Source of the DNA: Gammaproteobacteria bacterium
GTDB lineage: Bacteria > Pseudomonadota > Gammaproteobacteria > Ga0077536
Reading direction: 5' to 3'
Assembly: GCA_963662545.2 (NCBI GenBank)
Contig: CAXXLL010000003.1
Coordinates: 1,024,001-1,088,000, forward strand
Length of the DNA stretch: 64,000 nt
The translations under genes were made by a program, and so were the position numbers. The notes beneath the pieces are model-generated. The model worked only from the letters and a program-made list of their open reading frames with translations. It was not told the DNA's origin and did not search any database. This document shows, one piece after another, positions 49,062 through 60,054 of the stretch. Within the stretch, counting starts at the first letter, position 1. Every line of letters starts with the position of its first letter.

Positions 49062-50362
49062 TTCCTTTCAAAAAACGAAATGGACTCTACGTGAGCGGTC
49101 TGCGGGAACATGTCGAGAATACCCGTTTCGGAGAGTTCGAATCCGTGGACCTGGGTCAAAACTGCGGCGTCGCGCGCGAACGTAACCGGGTTACAGGATA
49201 CGTAGACCAGCCGGCTCACGGCATCGAAAACGCCGCATTGCAGTAAGATCAATGCGCCTGTACGGGGCGGATCGAGCAGCACTTTCGTGGCCTTATGCAA
49301 TTCTAAGGCGGAAATCGTATCGGCTCGCGCCAGGTCCACGACCTTGAACTCGACATTGGACAGTCCGTTCGACAGTGCATTCGTTCGCGCGCGTTTGACC
49401 AGGCGTTCGTCCCCTTCCACACCACTCACCTGTCCCGCTCGGAGCGCCATCGGCAGCGAGAAATTCCCGATCCCGCAAAAAAGATCGACGACCCGATCAT
49501 CGTGCTCCAGCTCCAGGTAGTCGAGAGCGCGCATGACCATTTGTTCGTTGATATCGGTATTGACCTGAGTGAAATCGGTCGGGGTAAAGGCGAGGCTTAG
49601 TCCGTCCACGGCGTAGTGCAGCGGCTCTTCTTCGTTCCCTGTTCCGACGATGGAATTGGGGCCGCCGCTCTGCAGGTATATTGAAAGCCCCGATTCAGAA
49701 GCAAAGCTACGGAGGTGATCCAGATCGTTTTCGCCGAGAGCCGCCAAATGTCGAACCACGAGTGCACCGCAATCATCACCCAGCGCGACCTCGATTTGAG
49801 GCACTTTGGTGGAAATCGACAGGTTTTCTATCAAGGCGCGCAACTCGAGCAGACGCTCGCCCACTCTAGGATCAAGAATGTCGCAATGCGCAGAATCCGC
49901 TATATAGGGTTTGGCGCGTTCCCGAAAACCGACCAACACACCGCCTTTTTTAGGAACGGACTTGACGCCTAGACGCGCCTTGCGCCGATAGCCCCATTGA
50001 GGACCACGGATGGGATCCGCAATTCTCTGCGGTGTGATTCCTGCCTGATGCAGCAATAATTCGATCAGCACTCCTTGCTTGTGCCGTAACTGGTACGCCT
50101 CGCCGACGTGCTGCATGCTGCACCCGCCGCAAACGCCGAAATACGCGCACCGGGGCTCGATGCGCTCGCTGCTCGGGTGCAGAACTTCCACGACCTCCGC
50201 TTCGTCGAAGCGTCCGCGTTTGCGTAGAATCCGTGCGCGAACGCGTTCTCCGGGCAGCGCACCGAATACAAACACGGTTTTTCCGTTGATTCGGCCGACG
50301 CCGCGGCCTTCGTGCGACAGGTTGTCGATCGAGACTTCGACGAGTTCCCGGCGGCGGCGCAT
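49058..50362 (-). CDS. rlmD: 23S rRNA (uracil1939-C5)-methyltransferase
   Basis: TRAM domain; CGGCSMQH Fe-S motif; DLFCGIGNF; LDPPRTG; YVSCNP; DMFPQTAHVE. Confidence 0.95.
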   Translation of the reverse strand: MRRRRELVEVSIDNLSHEGRGVGRINGKTVFVFGALPGERVRARILRKRGRFDEAEVVEVLHPSSERIEPRCAYFGVCGGCSMQHVGEAYQLRHKQGVLIELLLHQAGITPQRIADPIRGPQWGYRRKARLGVKSVPKKGGVLVGFRERAKPYIADSAHCDILDPRVGERLLELRALIENLSISTKVPQIEVALGDDCGALVVRHLAALGENDLDHLRSFASESGLSIYLQSGGPNSIVGTGNEEEPLHYAVDGLSLAFTPTDFTQVNTDINEQMVMRALDYLELEHDDRVVDLFCGIGNFSLPMALRAGQVSGVEGDERLVKRARTNALSNGLSNVEFKVVDLARADTISALELHKATKVLLDPPRTGALILLQCGVFDAVSRLVYVSCNPVTFARDAAVLTQVHGFELSETGILDMFPQTAHVESISFFERK

Positions 50363-50473
50363 TACAGACTCCGCTCCGCGTTAGATGAAGGCTTGGTCTT
50401 CGTTTGCATCATCGACGGCGCGCCGTACTGTTTAGCCCGCATTATTCAGAAAATAAGAAGGCGCTGTCGGCGT

Positions 50474-51262
50474 TCAGCGCGACGATACCGCATCCCAGGC
50501 GCTCAGGAACTCTTGCAAATGTGGATGTTCGCTCGACTCGAGATAATCCCGTACTTGCTCCAGTTCCTGGCGCAGTTGAGCATCCTGCAGATGGCCGCGC
50601 ATGTGCTGAAATTTCAAGAATACGAGGTAGGTGTTCAATACATCGGTTTCGCAGTAAGCCCGGATCGATTTGACCTTTCCGGCGCGAAAGTGATCCCACA
50701 CATCGGCTCCGGTCATCCCCATTTTGCCTGGAAATCCGAGCATGCTGGCCATCTGATCCAGGGGCGCGAAAGCCCGCGCCTGGTATCCTGCAAGCACGTC
50801 CATCAGGTCGATGTGCCGCCAGTGAAAACGCCCGAGGTAATTGTTGTAACGAAAGCTTCGATCTTCGTCTCCTGTATCCCAATACCTCGGCGCTGCAATG
50901 CCGTGGAGCATCGCTCGATAGTGCAAAACCGGTAGATCGAAACCGCTGCCATTCCAAGACACTAGCGTTGGCGAATACCGCTCGAGGCCCTCGAAAAAGC
51001 GACGTACGAGTTCTTCCTCGCTTGAATCTTCTTCTCCCAGAGACCAAAGTTTTAGCCGATCGTCTTCCCGGAAAGCCGCCGCTATGGCAACGACACGATG
51101 TAGATGATGTCGAATGAAATCCGTCGCACCTCCCGTTTCCTGTTGGCGCTTGCTATACATAACGGCGGCGACTCCGTCATCATCAAGCTCTTCGAGTCCC
51201 CAAAGCCTGCGCGCACTTTCGATGTCGGGCACCGTTTCGATATCAAATACGAATACGTTCAT
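50474..51262 (-). CDS. 3'-5' exonuclease (PolB-exonuclease-like)
   Basis: FDIETVPD; WNGSGFDLPVL; YCETDVLNT. Confidence 0.9.
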   Translation of the reverse strand: MNVFVFDIETVPDIESARRLWGLEELDDDGVAAVMYSKRQQETGGATDFIRHHLHRVVAIAAAFREDDRLKLWSLGEEDSSEEELVRRFFEGLERYSPTLVSWNGSGFDLPVLHYRAMLHGIAAPRYWDTGDEDRSFRYNNYLGRFHWRHIDLMDVLAGYQARAFAPLDQMASMLGFPGKMGMTGADVWDHFRAGKVKSIRAYCETDVLNTYLVFLKFQHMRGHLQDAQLRQELEQVRDYLESSEHPHLQEFLSAWDAVSSR

Positions 51263-51318
51263 GACGGAGGATTATGCTGCTCGAATCCGGCGACGCCGAC
51301 CAAGTTCATCGAACACGC

Positions 51319-52209
51319 CTATTCGGGGAAAACGCCTGTGGAAAGGTAGCGATCGCCGCGATCACAAATAATCGTGACGATCACGGCGTTCTTCACTTCC
51401 GCCGATACATGCAACGCGGCAATCATCGCGCCGCCGGATGAGATGCCGCAGAACAGGCCCTCTCTGGCGCCCATTTCAAGCGTCATTTTCTCGGCGTCGT
51501 CCTGAGTCACGGCGATGATCCGGTCGACTCGAGTCGGCTCATAGATCTTCGGTAGATAGGCCTCGGGCCAACGCCGGATCCCCGGGATGCGCGCACCCTC
51601 GCTCGGTTGAACGCCAATGATTTCGATATCGGGATTCTTTTCCTTGAAGTATCGCGAGGCCCCCATGATCGTCCCGGTGGTCCCCATTGATGAAACGAAA
51701 TGCGTGATCTGGCCCTTGGTATCCCTCCAAATCTCGGGCGCCGTACCCTCGTAGTGCGACCGCGGATTGTCGGGGTTGGCGAATTGATCGAGCACCCGCC
51801 CATCACCGCCGTCATGCATTTCGGCGGAAAGGTCGCGAGCTGCCTCCATTCCGCCCTCTTCGGACACGAGGATCAACTCGGCACCGAAGGCCTTCATGAC
51901 GGCGCGCCGCTCGCTACTCATGTTCTCAGGCATGATCAAAACCATGCGGTAGCCGGTCATGGCCGCCACCATGGCCAGCGCAATGCCGGTATTGCCGCTG
52001 GTCGCCTCGATCAGTGTATCCCCGGGTTTGATATCGCCGCGTTCTTCCGCTCGCTTGATCATCGAGAGTGCGGGCCGGTCCTTTACCGAACCTGCAGGAT
52101 TGTTGCCTTCGAGTTTCGCGAGTACGACATTCGTCGTGTCTCCGGGCAAGCGCTGCATGCGCACCAGCGGTGTATCGCCGACGAATTGTTCTAACGTAGG
52201 CCAATCCAT
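51319..52209 (-). CDS. cysM: Cysteine synthase B
   Basis: KLEGNNPAGSVKDR; SSMGTTGTIMG; CDRGDRYLS. Confidence 0.96.
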   Translation of the reverse strand: MDWPTLEQFVGDTPLVRMQRLPGDTTNVVLAKLEGNNPAGSVKDRPALSMIKRAEERGDIKPGDTLIEATSGNTGIALAMVAAMTGYRMVLIMPENMSSERRAVMKAFGAELILVSEEGGMEAARDLSAEMHDGGDGRVLDQFANPDNPRSHYEGTAPEIWRDTKGQITHFVSSMGTTGTIMGASRYFKEKNPDIEIIGVQPSEGARIPGIRRWPEAYLPKIYEPTRVDRIIAVTQDDAEKMTLEMGAREGLFCGISSGGAMIAALHVSAEVKNAVIVTIICDRGDRYLSTGVFPE

Positions 52210-52257
52210 TACACGGATCTCTGATCGCACGCTATTCGAATTGCGGGAGAGATTTTA

Positions 52258-52352
52258 GCTCGCCCGCTAGCGGGCGAGCCGTAAAAGGAAAAAGCCTTTT
52301 GAGATGGCCTTTCCCCGGCTCCAGCCAGGCCACAGATGGCCGGGCTGGAGCC
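52258..52352. other. Two strong hairpins upstream of cysM
   Basis: Perfect 22-bp palindrome GCTCGCCCGCTAGCGGGCGAGC (52258-52279); 10+5-bp stem at 52317-52352. Confidence 0.6.
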
Positions 52353-52474
52353 AAACGAAGGCACTTGAGTTCCGCCAGGCATGGCAGGTGCCAATAATCG
52401 GTTGAGGCATCACCATGGATGGCTGGCACGGAATGATTGATACGGACTTAGAAATGCGCTTACCGCCGGAAAGC

Positions 52475-53044
52475 TCAGAAGTGAATGCCAAATTGCACGG
52501 CATGAAAATTGATGCCCGGATTGTCGTCACCCAAGCCGGCATTGGATAAATGCTGGAATCGGTAGACCAATTCGTACCGGCCTTGCTCGCCGAAACGCGC
52601 CCCGGCACCGAAATGGGTGCCGAAAGCGAACGGTATGCCGAAATCCCGATCGCCGATACCGTCCTTCGTATGAACGTGTACGCCGAGCCCGAGTTCCGCG
52701 AAGGGCGCCAGACCGGCCGTTGCCGTGCGCTGAAAGCGAAGGACGGGGGTCAATCCAAAATCGACAAAGTCGTCATCTCCGGTCGTGCCGGCATTTCCGT
52801 CCCAGTAAGTCACCGACGCTTCGAGATGGGAGCCGAGATGCCAATCACCGGTTTCCAGCCATTTCATACCCAAGTCCCAGCGCAGGGCAGCGCCGTAGCG
52901 CTGCACGTCTTCGTCGCCCTCGTTCGTCCCGAACTCCAGCAGGACGGCGGTATCTGCCGCGGCCGCGGATGCGGCGAATGCGCTCAGGCAGGTCGCGAGC
53001 CCGGCCAGCCGAAGGAGACGAAAGTAGGATCTGACTGAATTCAT
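52475..53044 (-). CDS. PagL-family lipid A 3-O-deacylase (outer-membrane beta-barrel)
   Basis: Signal peptide; YRFQHLSNAGL...NPGIN; terminal Phe. Confidence 0.87.
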   Translation of the reverse strand: MNSVRSYFRLLRLAGLATCLSAFAASAAAADTAVLLEFGTNEGDEDVQRYGAALRWDLGMKWLETGDWHLGSHLEASVTYWDGNAGTTGDDDFVDFGLTPVLRFQRTATAGLAPFAELGLGVHVHTKDGIGDRDFGIPFAFGTHFGAGARFGEQGRYELVYRFQHLSNAGLGDDNPGINFHAVQFGIHF

Positions 53045-53149
53045 AACGCGGGGGCTTAATGCTCGTTATTATTGTCACGCTAGGCTATCAGGCCCGCTAT
53101 TTTCCCGCAATTGAGTCCCCGTCTGTGACCTTCTCAAACGGGCGGAAAC

Positions 53150-53644
53150 TCAGCTTGCCGCCGCGTGTTCAACGGGGCTCAATAAAGAAATGCTGAAGAC
53201 GTGGGCGTCTTCACGGCCCGCGTGGGCAGGATAGTAGGCGCGGCGGGTGCCGACATGGCGAAACCCCATATCGGAGTAGAGCTTGAGCGCCGCCTCGTTC
53301 GAGGGCCGAACTTCCAGGTAGGCGATGCTTGCACCATGGGCCGTCGCCGTCATCATCAGATGATCCATGAGCGCCCGCGCGTAACCTTGCCGTCGGTTTG
53401 TAGGCGCGATACATACGTTGAGTATGTGACTCTCCTCGACTGCAACCGACATGATTCCGTAACCCGCCAGATCGCGTCCAGTATCGAGCACCCAACAACA
53501 ATAACCGACCCGAAGACAGTCCGCGAAGATGCCTGATGACCATGGAAAATCGTAGGAAAGACGCTCGATGGCCAGGATCTGGTCGATGTCCTGCTCGCCC
53601 ATCGGACGTATTTCGATCGTGTCTAATTGCAGTACCGCGCTCAT
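53150..53644 (-). CDS. rimI: Ribosomal protein S18 N-acetyltransferase
   Basis: FPWS; LEVRPSN; GTRRAYY...REDA. Confidence 0.93.
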   Translation of the reverse strand: MSAVLQLDTIEIRPMGEQDIDQILAIERLSYDFPWSSGIFADCLRVGYCCWVLDTGRDLAGYGIMSVAVEESHILNVCIAPTNRRQGYARALMDHLMMTATAHGASIAYLEVRPSNEAALKLYSDMGFRHVGTRRAYYPAHAGREDAHVFSISLLSPVEHAAAS

Positions 53645-54330
53645 GATTCAAGGACTTCGCTTTGGCTGTACGTTTTCATTGCAAGGACGAGATCGGCCCA
53701 CACTTTTCGCTTTTCTCCGGGAGACCGAAGCAGATACGCGGGATGGTAAGTCACCACAACCGGGATTGCGTGGTCTCCGTAGTAATGCAAGCGCCCGCGC
53801 ATCCGTCCAACAGGTGTATCGCTCTTCAATAGATTCTGCGCAGCAATACGGCCGAGCGCAAGAATAATCGCCGGATTCAACAGTTCGATCTGCCGCTTTA
53901 AATAGGGCTCGCAGGAGGCGGCTTCCTCGGGTCTGGGATCGCGGTTCTTGGGTGGACGACATTTCAATATGTTAGCGATAAATACCTGCTCGCGGGACAG
54001 GCCGACCGCCCGCAACATGGCATCCAACAACTGGCCCGCCCTACCGACGAAGGGTTCACCGCGCCTGTCTTCTTCCGCGCCGGGGGCTTCACCGATCACC
54101 AGCCATCGCGCTTGTCGGTCGCCGACGCCGAACACGGTTTGCGTACGACCGGCATGCAGCTCGCACTTCGTGCAGGCCGCTACGCGCGCTTGAAGCCCGT
54201 CCCAGCCCAACGCGGTGGTCGATTCCGACGCTTCATCATCCGCTGCAGCTGATTCGCCGACCCCGCGCCTGACCCAGACATCGATGCCCATGGCTTTGAG
54301 GACACCTAAGCGTTGATTATCGAGATTCAT
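53641..54330 (-). CDS. Uracil-DNA glycosylase family 4
   Basis: CxxC; GEAPGAEED; PFVGRAGQLL; KCRPP; TYHPAYLLR. Confidence 0.93.
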   Translation of the reverse strand: MNLDNQRLGVLKAMGIDVWVRRGVGESAAADDEASESTTALGWDGLQARVAACTKCELHAGRTQTVFGVGDRQARWLVIGEAPGAEEDRRGEPFVGRAGQLLDAMLRAVGLSREQVFIANILKCRPPKNRDPRPEEAASCEPYLKRQIELLNPAIILALGRIAAQNLLKSDTPVGRMRGRLHYYGDHAIPVVVTYHPAYLLRSPGEKRKVWADLVLAMKTYSQSEVLES

Positions 54331-54422
54331 CTACCCGGCGTTCTCCGCTGAGCATCAATTCCAGAACCGCTCTCATATCGTACCTAAACTTATGCCCTGG
54401 GACTGTGTCGCGGTTCCCAAAA

Positions 54423-54800
54423 TTAATCGCTCAAACACTCCACTTGACTCGGATCGGACATCTCGAGCACGAGACAATCGTCTTCCGTGATGAATGGTCC
54501 ATGGACCTCACCCGGCGGGCGGCTGGCGTACTCGCCAGCGTCCAGCCAGCGTTCGAATGTTACGTCGTAGATGCGTCCCGACACGATGAATACCTCCTCC
54601 GGGTAATCGTGCCGCTTCGCACCGATGTACGAAGTGTCGACTTTCCCAATGAAGCGCGTCAGACGCGTGTAATCATCGTTATCGGGGTCGACGGCGAGTG
54701 TTAGCTGCTGCACCGCCCCGTGACTACCATCGACATCTTCCTAGTCCCGGCGGTTGTCGGATTTCAATGGATTGAAGTACGTCGTCGTTGATTTCGCCAT
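54423..54800 (-). pseudogene. ChrR-like cupin with an in-frame TAG at codon 20
   Basis: ATG 54800 MAKSTTTYFNPLKSDNRRD*EDV... continues in frame into HDYPEEVFIVSG...RPPGEVHGPF. Confidence 0.72.
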
Positions 54801-54834
54801 GCTTGGGTCTCCAGAGTCGCACCGGCCAGCGCTG

Positions 54835-56385
54835 TTACGGAGTGAGCCCACTGGGCTGAGGATGCTCCCGGTGAACGGCAAACATGATCTTGTTCAGGGC
54901 GTTCACATAGGCTTTGACCGAAGCGACGATGATGTCAGTATCCGCGCCGTGCCCGTTAACAATGCGTCCGCCACGTTCGAGACGGACAATGACTTCGCCC
55001 TGCGAATCCGTTCCCGTCGTAATGGCGTTCACCGAGTACAGTTGAACGGTTGCGCCGCTGCTGACGATCGACTCGACCGCACGATAGGCTGCGTCGACCT
55101 GCCCGTCTCCACTTTCCTCGCTTGAACGCTCTTCTCCATCGATCGCCAATGTAACGGCCGCGAACGGTATTTCTCCTGTTTCCGATTCCGTGCGCATGGC
55201 GACCAGCTTGATGCGTTCATTTGCGATCATCGTGTCTGCATCCGTGACGAGCGCCAGTAAGTCTTCGTCAAAAATTTCCGATTTGCGGTCGGCCAGCTCC
55301 TTGAAACGTTTGAATGCGGAATTCAGATCTTCCTGCCGCGGGAATTCGATTCCGATTTCTTTCAAACGCGTGCGAAAGGCGTTGCGGCCGGATAATTTTC
55401 CAAGCACGATGCGATTGCTGTTCCACCCCACATCCTCGGCCCGCATGATTTCGTAGGTCTCACGGTGCTTGAGAACACCGTCCTGATGGATGCCGGATTC
55501 ATGTGCGAAGGCGTTGGCGCCGACTATCGCCTTGTTTGGCTGCACCGGGAATCCAGTAATCGTGGAAACCAATCTCGAACAATTCAGGATCTCCGCCGTA
55601 TCGATTCGAGTATCGCACTCGAAGGCGTCCTGGCGCGTACGCACGGCCATGACTATCTCCTCTAGCGATGCATTGCCAGCGCGTTCACCCAAGCCGTTGA
55701 TCGTACATTCGACCTGACGCACACCGCTCTTTACAGCTGCCAAGGAATTCCCCACGGCAAGTCCCAGGTCGTTATGACAATGCGCCGAGAAAACGGCCTT
55801 ATTGCTGTTCGGTACCCGCTCGATGATCTCGCTGAAAAATGTCCCGATCGCGTCAGGAAGTCCGTACCCCACCGTATCAGGAAGATTGACCGTGGTCGCA
55901 CCTGCGTCGATGACAGCTTCCACGACGCGGCAGAGAAATTCTTGATCCGAACGAATCGCATCTTCTGCGGAAAACTCCACATTGTCGGTGTATTGGCGCG
56001 CGCGCTTGACCGCGTTTATCGCGGCTTGCAGAACTTCCTCCGGCTGCATTCTGAGCTTGGCTTTCATGTGGATCGGCGAAGTCGCGATAAAGGTATGAAT
56101 ACGCATTGACTGCGCGTCCTTCAACGCTTCGGCGGCACGATCGATATCCTCGTAGCCCGTCCGGCATAATCCGCATACGGTGCTGTCCTTGATGGTGCGG
56201 GCGACCGCTTGAACCGCTTCGTAATCTCCCTGGCTGGCGATCGGAAACCCGGCTTCGATCACATCGACCTTAAGGCGTTCGAGCGCCTTTGCGATACGGA
56301 CTTTTTCCACTTGCGTCATGGCGGCACCCGGACTCTGCTCACCGTCCCGTAAGGTCGTATCGAAAATGATCAATCTGTCTTCCAT
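54835..56385 (-). CDS. leuA: 2-isopropylmalate synthase
   Basis: [14 protein letters not shown]; HCHNDLG; GERAGN; [10 protein letters not shown]. Confidence 0.97.
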   Translation of the reverse strand: MEDRLIIFDTTLRDGEQSPGAAMTQVEKVRIAKALERLKVDVIEAGFPIASQGDYEAVQAVARTIKDSTVCGLCRTGYEDIDRAAEALKDAQSMRIHTFIATSPIHMKAKLRMQPEEVLQAAINAVKRARQYTDNVEFSAEDAIRSDQEFLCRVVEAVIDAGATTVNLPDTVGYGLPDAIGTFFSEIIERVPNSNKAVFSAHCHNDLGLAVGNSLAAVKSGVRQVECTINGLGERAGNASLEEIVMAVRTRQDAFECDTRIDTAEILNCSRLVSTITGFPVQPNKAIVGANAFAHESGIHQDGVLKHRETYEIMRAEDVGWNSNRIVLGKLSGRNAFRTRLKEIGIEFPRQEDLNSAFKRFKELADRKSEIFDEDLLALVTDADTMIANERIKLVAMRTESETGEIPFAAVTLAIDGEERSSEESGDGQVDAAYRAVESIVSSGATVQLYSVNAITTGTDSQGEVIVRLERGGRIVNGHGADTDIIVASVKAYVNALNKIMFAVHREHPQPSGLTP

Positions 56386-56485
56386 GGTAGGTCTCCGATT
56401 ATGCACTCATGGACCATACGCGCGCGGCTGCGCAGCACAGCGAAAATAGGGGGGATCGGAATTTTATGCGCGAAAGGATACTGCC

Positions 56486-56578
56486 CTACCAGGGCAGCAG
56501 GCGGAGCGACAGCGCGCGGAGCAGCGCTTGACCGGAGACGGTCGGCTGCAAAGTGAGATTAGGATATCGCGCTGACAT
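56486..56578 (-). promoter_or_regulatory. Leu-rich leader peptide (leuL-like attenuator ORF)
   Basis: MSARYPNLTLQPTVSGQALLRALSLRLLPW*; 6 Leu in the last 12 codons; stop lies in hairpin CTGCCCT-N3-AGGGCAG; 100 bp upstream of leuA. Confidence 0.62.
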
Positions 56579-56661
56579 TTTCAGTATCGTACTTGTCGGT
56601 ATCGGTAGAAATATTAGCCACCACGCTCAGCTTAAGCAAGTGTTTCGTGGGCGAATACCGG

Positions 56662-56845
56662 CTAGCCCGCATTTCTCACCACCGTTCGTAGCGAGGGCGT
56701 CGAGATGCCGTTGTGATGGGAAGCACGGACCGGAGGACGGTGAAGGCGTAGTTGACGCTACGTCGAACCGGCTGGAGGGAGTACGTCCCGTCACAGCGAG
56801 CAGATCAACGTCCGCAGTAGAAGGGTGGTGAGAAATGCGGGCTAG
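56662..56845. mobile_element. Palindromic MITE, 184 bp including both CTAG flanks
   Basis: Perfect 22-bp terminal IR CTAGCCCGCATTTCTCACCACC; the right CTAG overlaps the pssA stop codon. Confidence 0.88.
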
Positions 56846-57642
56846 GCGCGTTTCTTTTCTTTTCGGGCGGCTCTTGTCCGGCGTCGCTGCATCCAAGTCA
56901 AGACCGGCCCCGATATCGCGTATCCGGTGAACATCGCGAGTAGTACCGTTGCGGGATCCAGCGATATCAATACGAAGACCATCACGACCGCGAGTACGCT
57001 GACGAAAGGCACTCGACCTCGCAGGTCCAAATCCTTGAAGCTGTAGTAGCGCACGTTGCTGACCATGAGCAGCGCCGCGCCAACGGTTACGAGAAGGGTG
57101 ACGGCGAGCGCGGCACTCGACTCGCGGACGTGAATACTCGAGCCGAACCAAATGATCGACGCGAGCAGGGCGGCGGCAGCGGGGCTAGGCAAGCCCTTAA
57201 AAAACCGCTTGTCGGCGTTCCCGACCTGGGTGTTGAACCGTGCAAGGCGCAGCGCGGTTGCCGAAGTATACAGAAACGCCGCGAGCCATCCCAACTTGCC
57301 CAATTCGAACAGCGACCATTCATAGACAATCAGTGCAGGCGCCAGACCGAAGGACGCCATGTCCGCGAGGCTGTCATACTCTGCACCGAAATCGCTCTGC
57401 GTGTTGGTCAGGCGAGCGATTCGACCGTCCATGCCGTCGAGAACCATCGCGATGAAGACGGCGATTGCCGCGGGTTCGAAATGTCCGTTAATAGCGGCGA
57501 CGATGCCATAAAACCCGGCGAACAACGCGCCCGTCGTAAAGAGGTTCGGCAGAAGATAGATTCCCGACCGTCGACGCTCCTCTGAGGCAGGTCGCGGCTC
57601 GTCCGGCTCTTTGTTCGGTCGATGGGAATGAATCACGCGCAT
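56842..57642 (-). CDS. pssA: CDP-diacylglycerol--serine O-phosphatidyltransferase
   Basis: GIYLLPNLFT; DGMDGRIAR...GAEYDSLAD; RLARFN. Confidence 0.94.
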   Translation of the reverse strand: MRVIHSHRPNKEPDEPRPASEERRRSGIYLLPNLFTTGALFAGFYGIVAAINGHFEPAAIAVFIAMVLDGMDGRIARLTNTQSDFGAEYDSLADMASFGLAPALIVYEWSLFELGKLGWLAAFLYTSATALRLARFNTQVGNADKRFFKGLPSPAAAALLASIIWFGSSIHVRESSAALAVTLLVTVGAALLMVSNVRYYSFKDLDLRGRVPFVSVLAVVMVFVLISLDPATVLLAMFTGYAISGPVLTWMQRRRTRAARKEKKRA

Positions 57643-57687
57643 GATGGGTATCTGGGGCGGCGAAATGAAATCCGCTTTGCTTGGATT

Positions 57688-58362
57688 CTACCCCTGCTCG
57701 CGTGGCGTAAGCGAGGAGACGGCTTCGCGATGGACCAATGTCGCCACGACCGTAGACGCTGCCTCCGTCCGGCTTCCCGCCTCGATTTCAAGGCGCGAGG
57801 AATCCGGCGCGTAGACGGTTGCTCGGCATCCCAAGGCGGCGAAACCGATTCGACGGCCGTGACCCACGCGTTCGCCGGGCTGATGAGGGAATCGAACCCT
57901 TCCTTTCCAACGGCCTTGAGTAATTTCCAGCACGATATCATCGCCCTCGTCCGTGCGTATCAGATAAGCGAGTGTATGCGCATGCCGCCGCACTCCGACA
58001 TCCTCGTGCTTCGGCTGGGTCCACTGTTCGATTAATTTGCCTTCGATCGGGCAGAACAAGCTGTGTACGTCGAATAATCCCGAAGTGACCGCAATGTTCA
58101 CCGAATTTCTACCGAGCCAGGGGTCGTAGCCGGTTCCCGCGTTCACCACCCTGCCGTTGAGCGGACAGACAAGGGCCAATGGAAGCGAAGGAGTTTCCCT
58201 TTCGGGATCGCGAAAATTAACGACCAGCAACACGAACAGCACAATGGCCGGCGCCGCACCGGCAATGCCGAACATGGCATAAAGAAGAAACGCCGCGGTG
58301 AGTGTAACGGTCAGCGCGGTCCATCCTTCGCGCGCAATTAATGAATGTTGCGCAAGAACCAT
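57688..58362 (-). CDS. Phosphatidylserine decarboxylase-like protein with an altered active site
   Basis: IAREGW; NFRDPER; DVH...P.EG; adjacent to pssA; LGC and CPLNG in place of FGS and SPADG. Confidence 0.78.
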   Translation of the reverse strand: MVLAQHSLIAREGWTALTVTLTAAFLLYAMFGIAGAAPAIVLFVLLVVNFRDPERETPSLPLALVCPLNGRVVNAGTGYDPWLGRNSVNIAVTSGLFDVHSLFCPIEGKLIEQWTQPKHEDVGVRRHAHTLAYLIRTDEGDDIVLEITQGRWKGRVRFPHQPGERVGHGRRIGFAALGCRATVYAPDSSRLEIEAGSRTEAASTVVATLVHREAVSSLTPREQG

Positions 58363-58411
58363 GCTGACGAATCAAATTCAAGCCACACTCTCGACGAAAA
58401 GGCTCCGCGTT

Positions 58412-59437
<1,026 letters not shown>

Positions 59438-59553
59438 TCAATTCCTGTCTCGTTGATTCGCCTGAAAATCAGGAGGAATTCGAAAAAATATTGCTATGGT
59501 TTTTCATCGCGCTTCGTGACTTCGCCTGCGAACGTTGCGGGCGCCGTCGGCGT

Positions 59554-60054
59554 TCAGGCCTTGAGCGCCTTGTCCCCCTTAAGTAACCCCAATACGCCCG
59601 AACGCGCGGTCTCCATCACGTGTCGTACCCCGACCGCATCGATGAAATCATCGAGGCGCCGTCGCGATCCGGTTAGTTCGACGGTGTAGCTCGAATCGGT
59701 GATATCCACGATCGTGCCGCCGAATATGTCGGCAAGGCGCTTTAGTTCCGCGCGCTGCTCGGTTCCGGAAGCGCGCACCTTGATAAGCATGAGTTCACGT
59801 TCGATATGAGGCCCATCATTCAAATCGACCAGCCTGATCACATCGATAAGCTTATTCAGTTGTTTGGTAATCTGCTCGATAATTTCCGGCGATCCGGAGG
59901 TAACGACCGTCATACGGGACACGGTGGCATCTTCGGTCGGCGCCACCGCCAGAGACTCGATATTGTACGCGCGCGCTGAGAACAAACCGGCGACACGGGA
60001 CAACGCACCTGCTTCGTTTTCGAGCAGGATCGAAATGGTGTGTTGCTCGTTCAT
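59554..60054 (-). CDS. ilvH: Acetolactate synthase small subunit
   Basis: ENEAGALSRVAGLFSARAYNIESL; KQLNKLIDV. Confidence 0.95.
   Translation of the reverse strand: MNEQHTISILLENEAGALSRVAGLFSARAYNIESLAVAPTEDATVSRMTVVTSGSPEIIEQITKQLNKLIDVIRLVDLNDGPHIERELMLIKVRASGTEQRAELKRLADIFGGTIVDITDSSYTVELTGSRRRLDDFIDAVGVRHVMETARSGVLGLLKGDKALKA

Noticed and set aside
50432-50445. TAGCCCGCATT as a third copy of the CTAG MITE
   Set aside because: Only 11 bp match, with no partner IR or core; could be chance.
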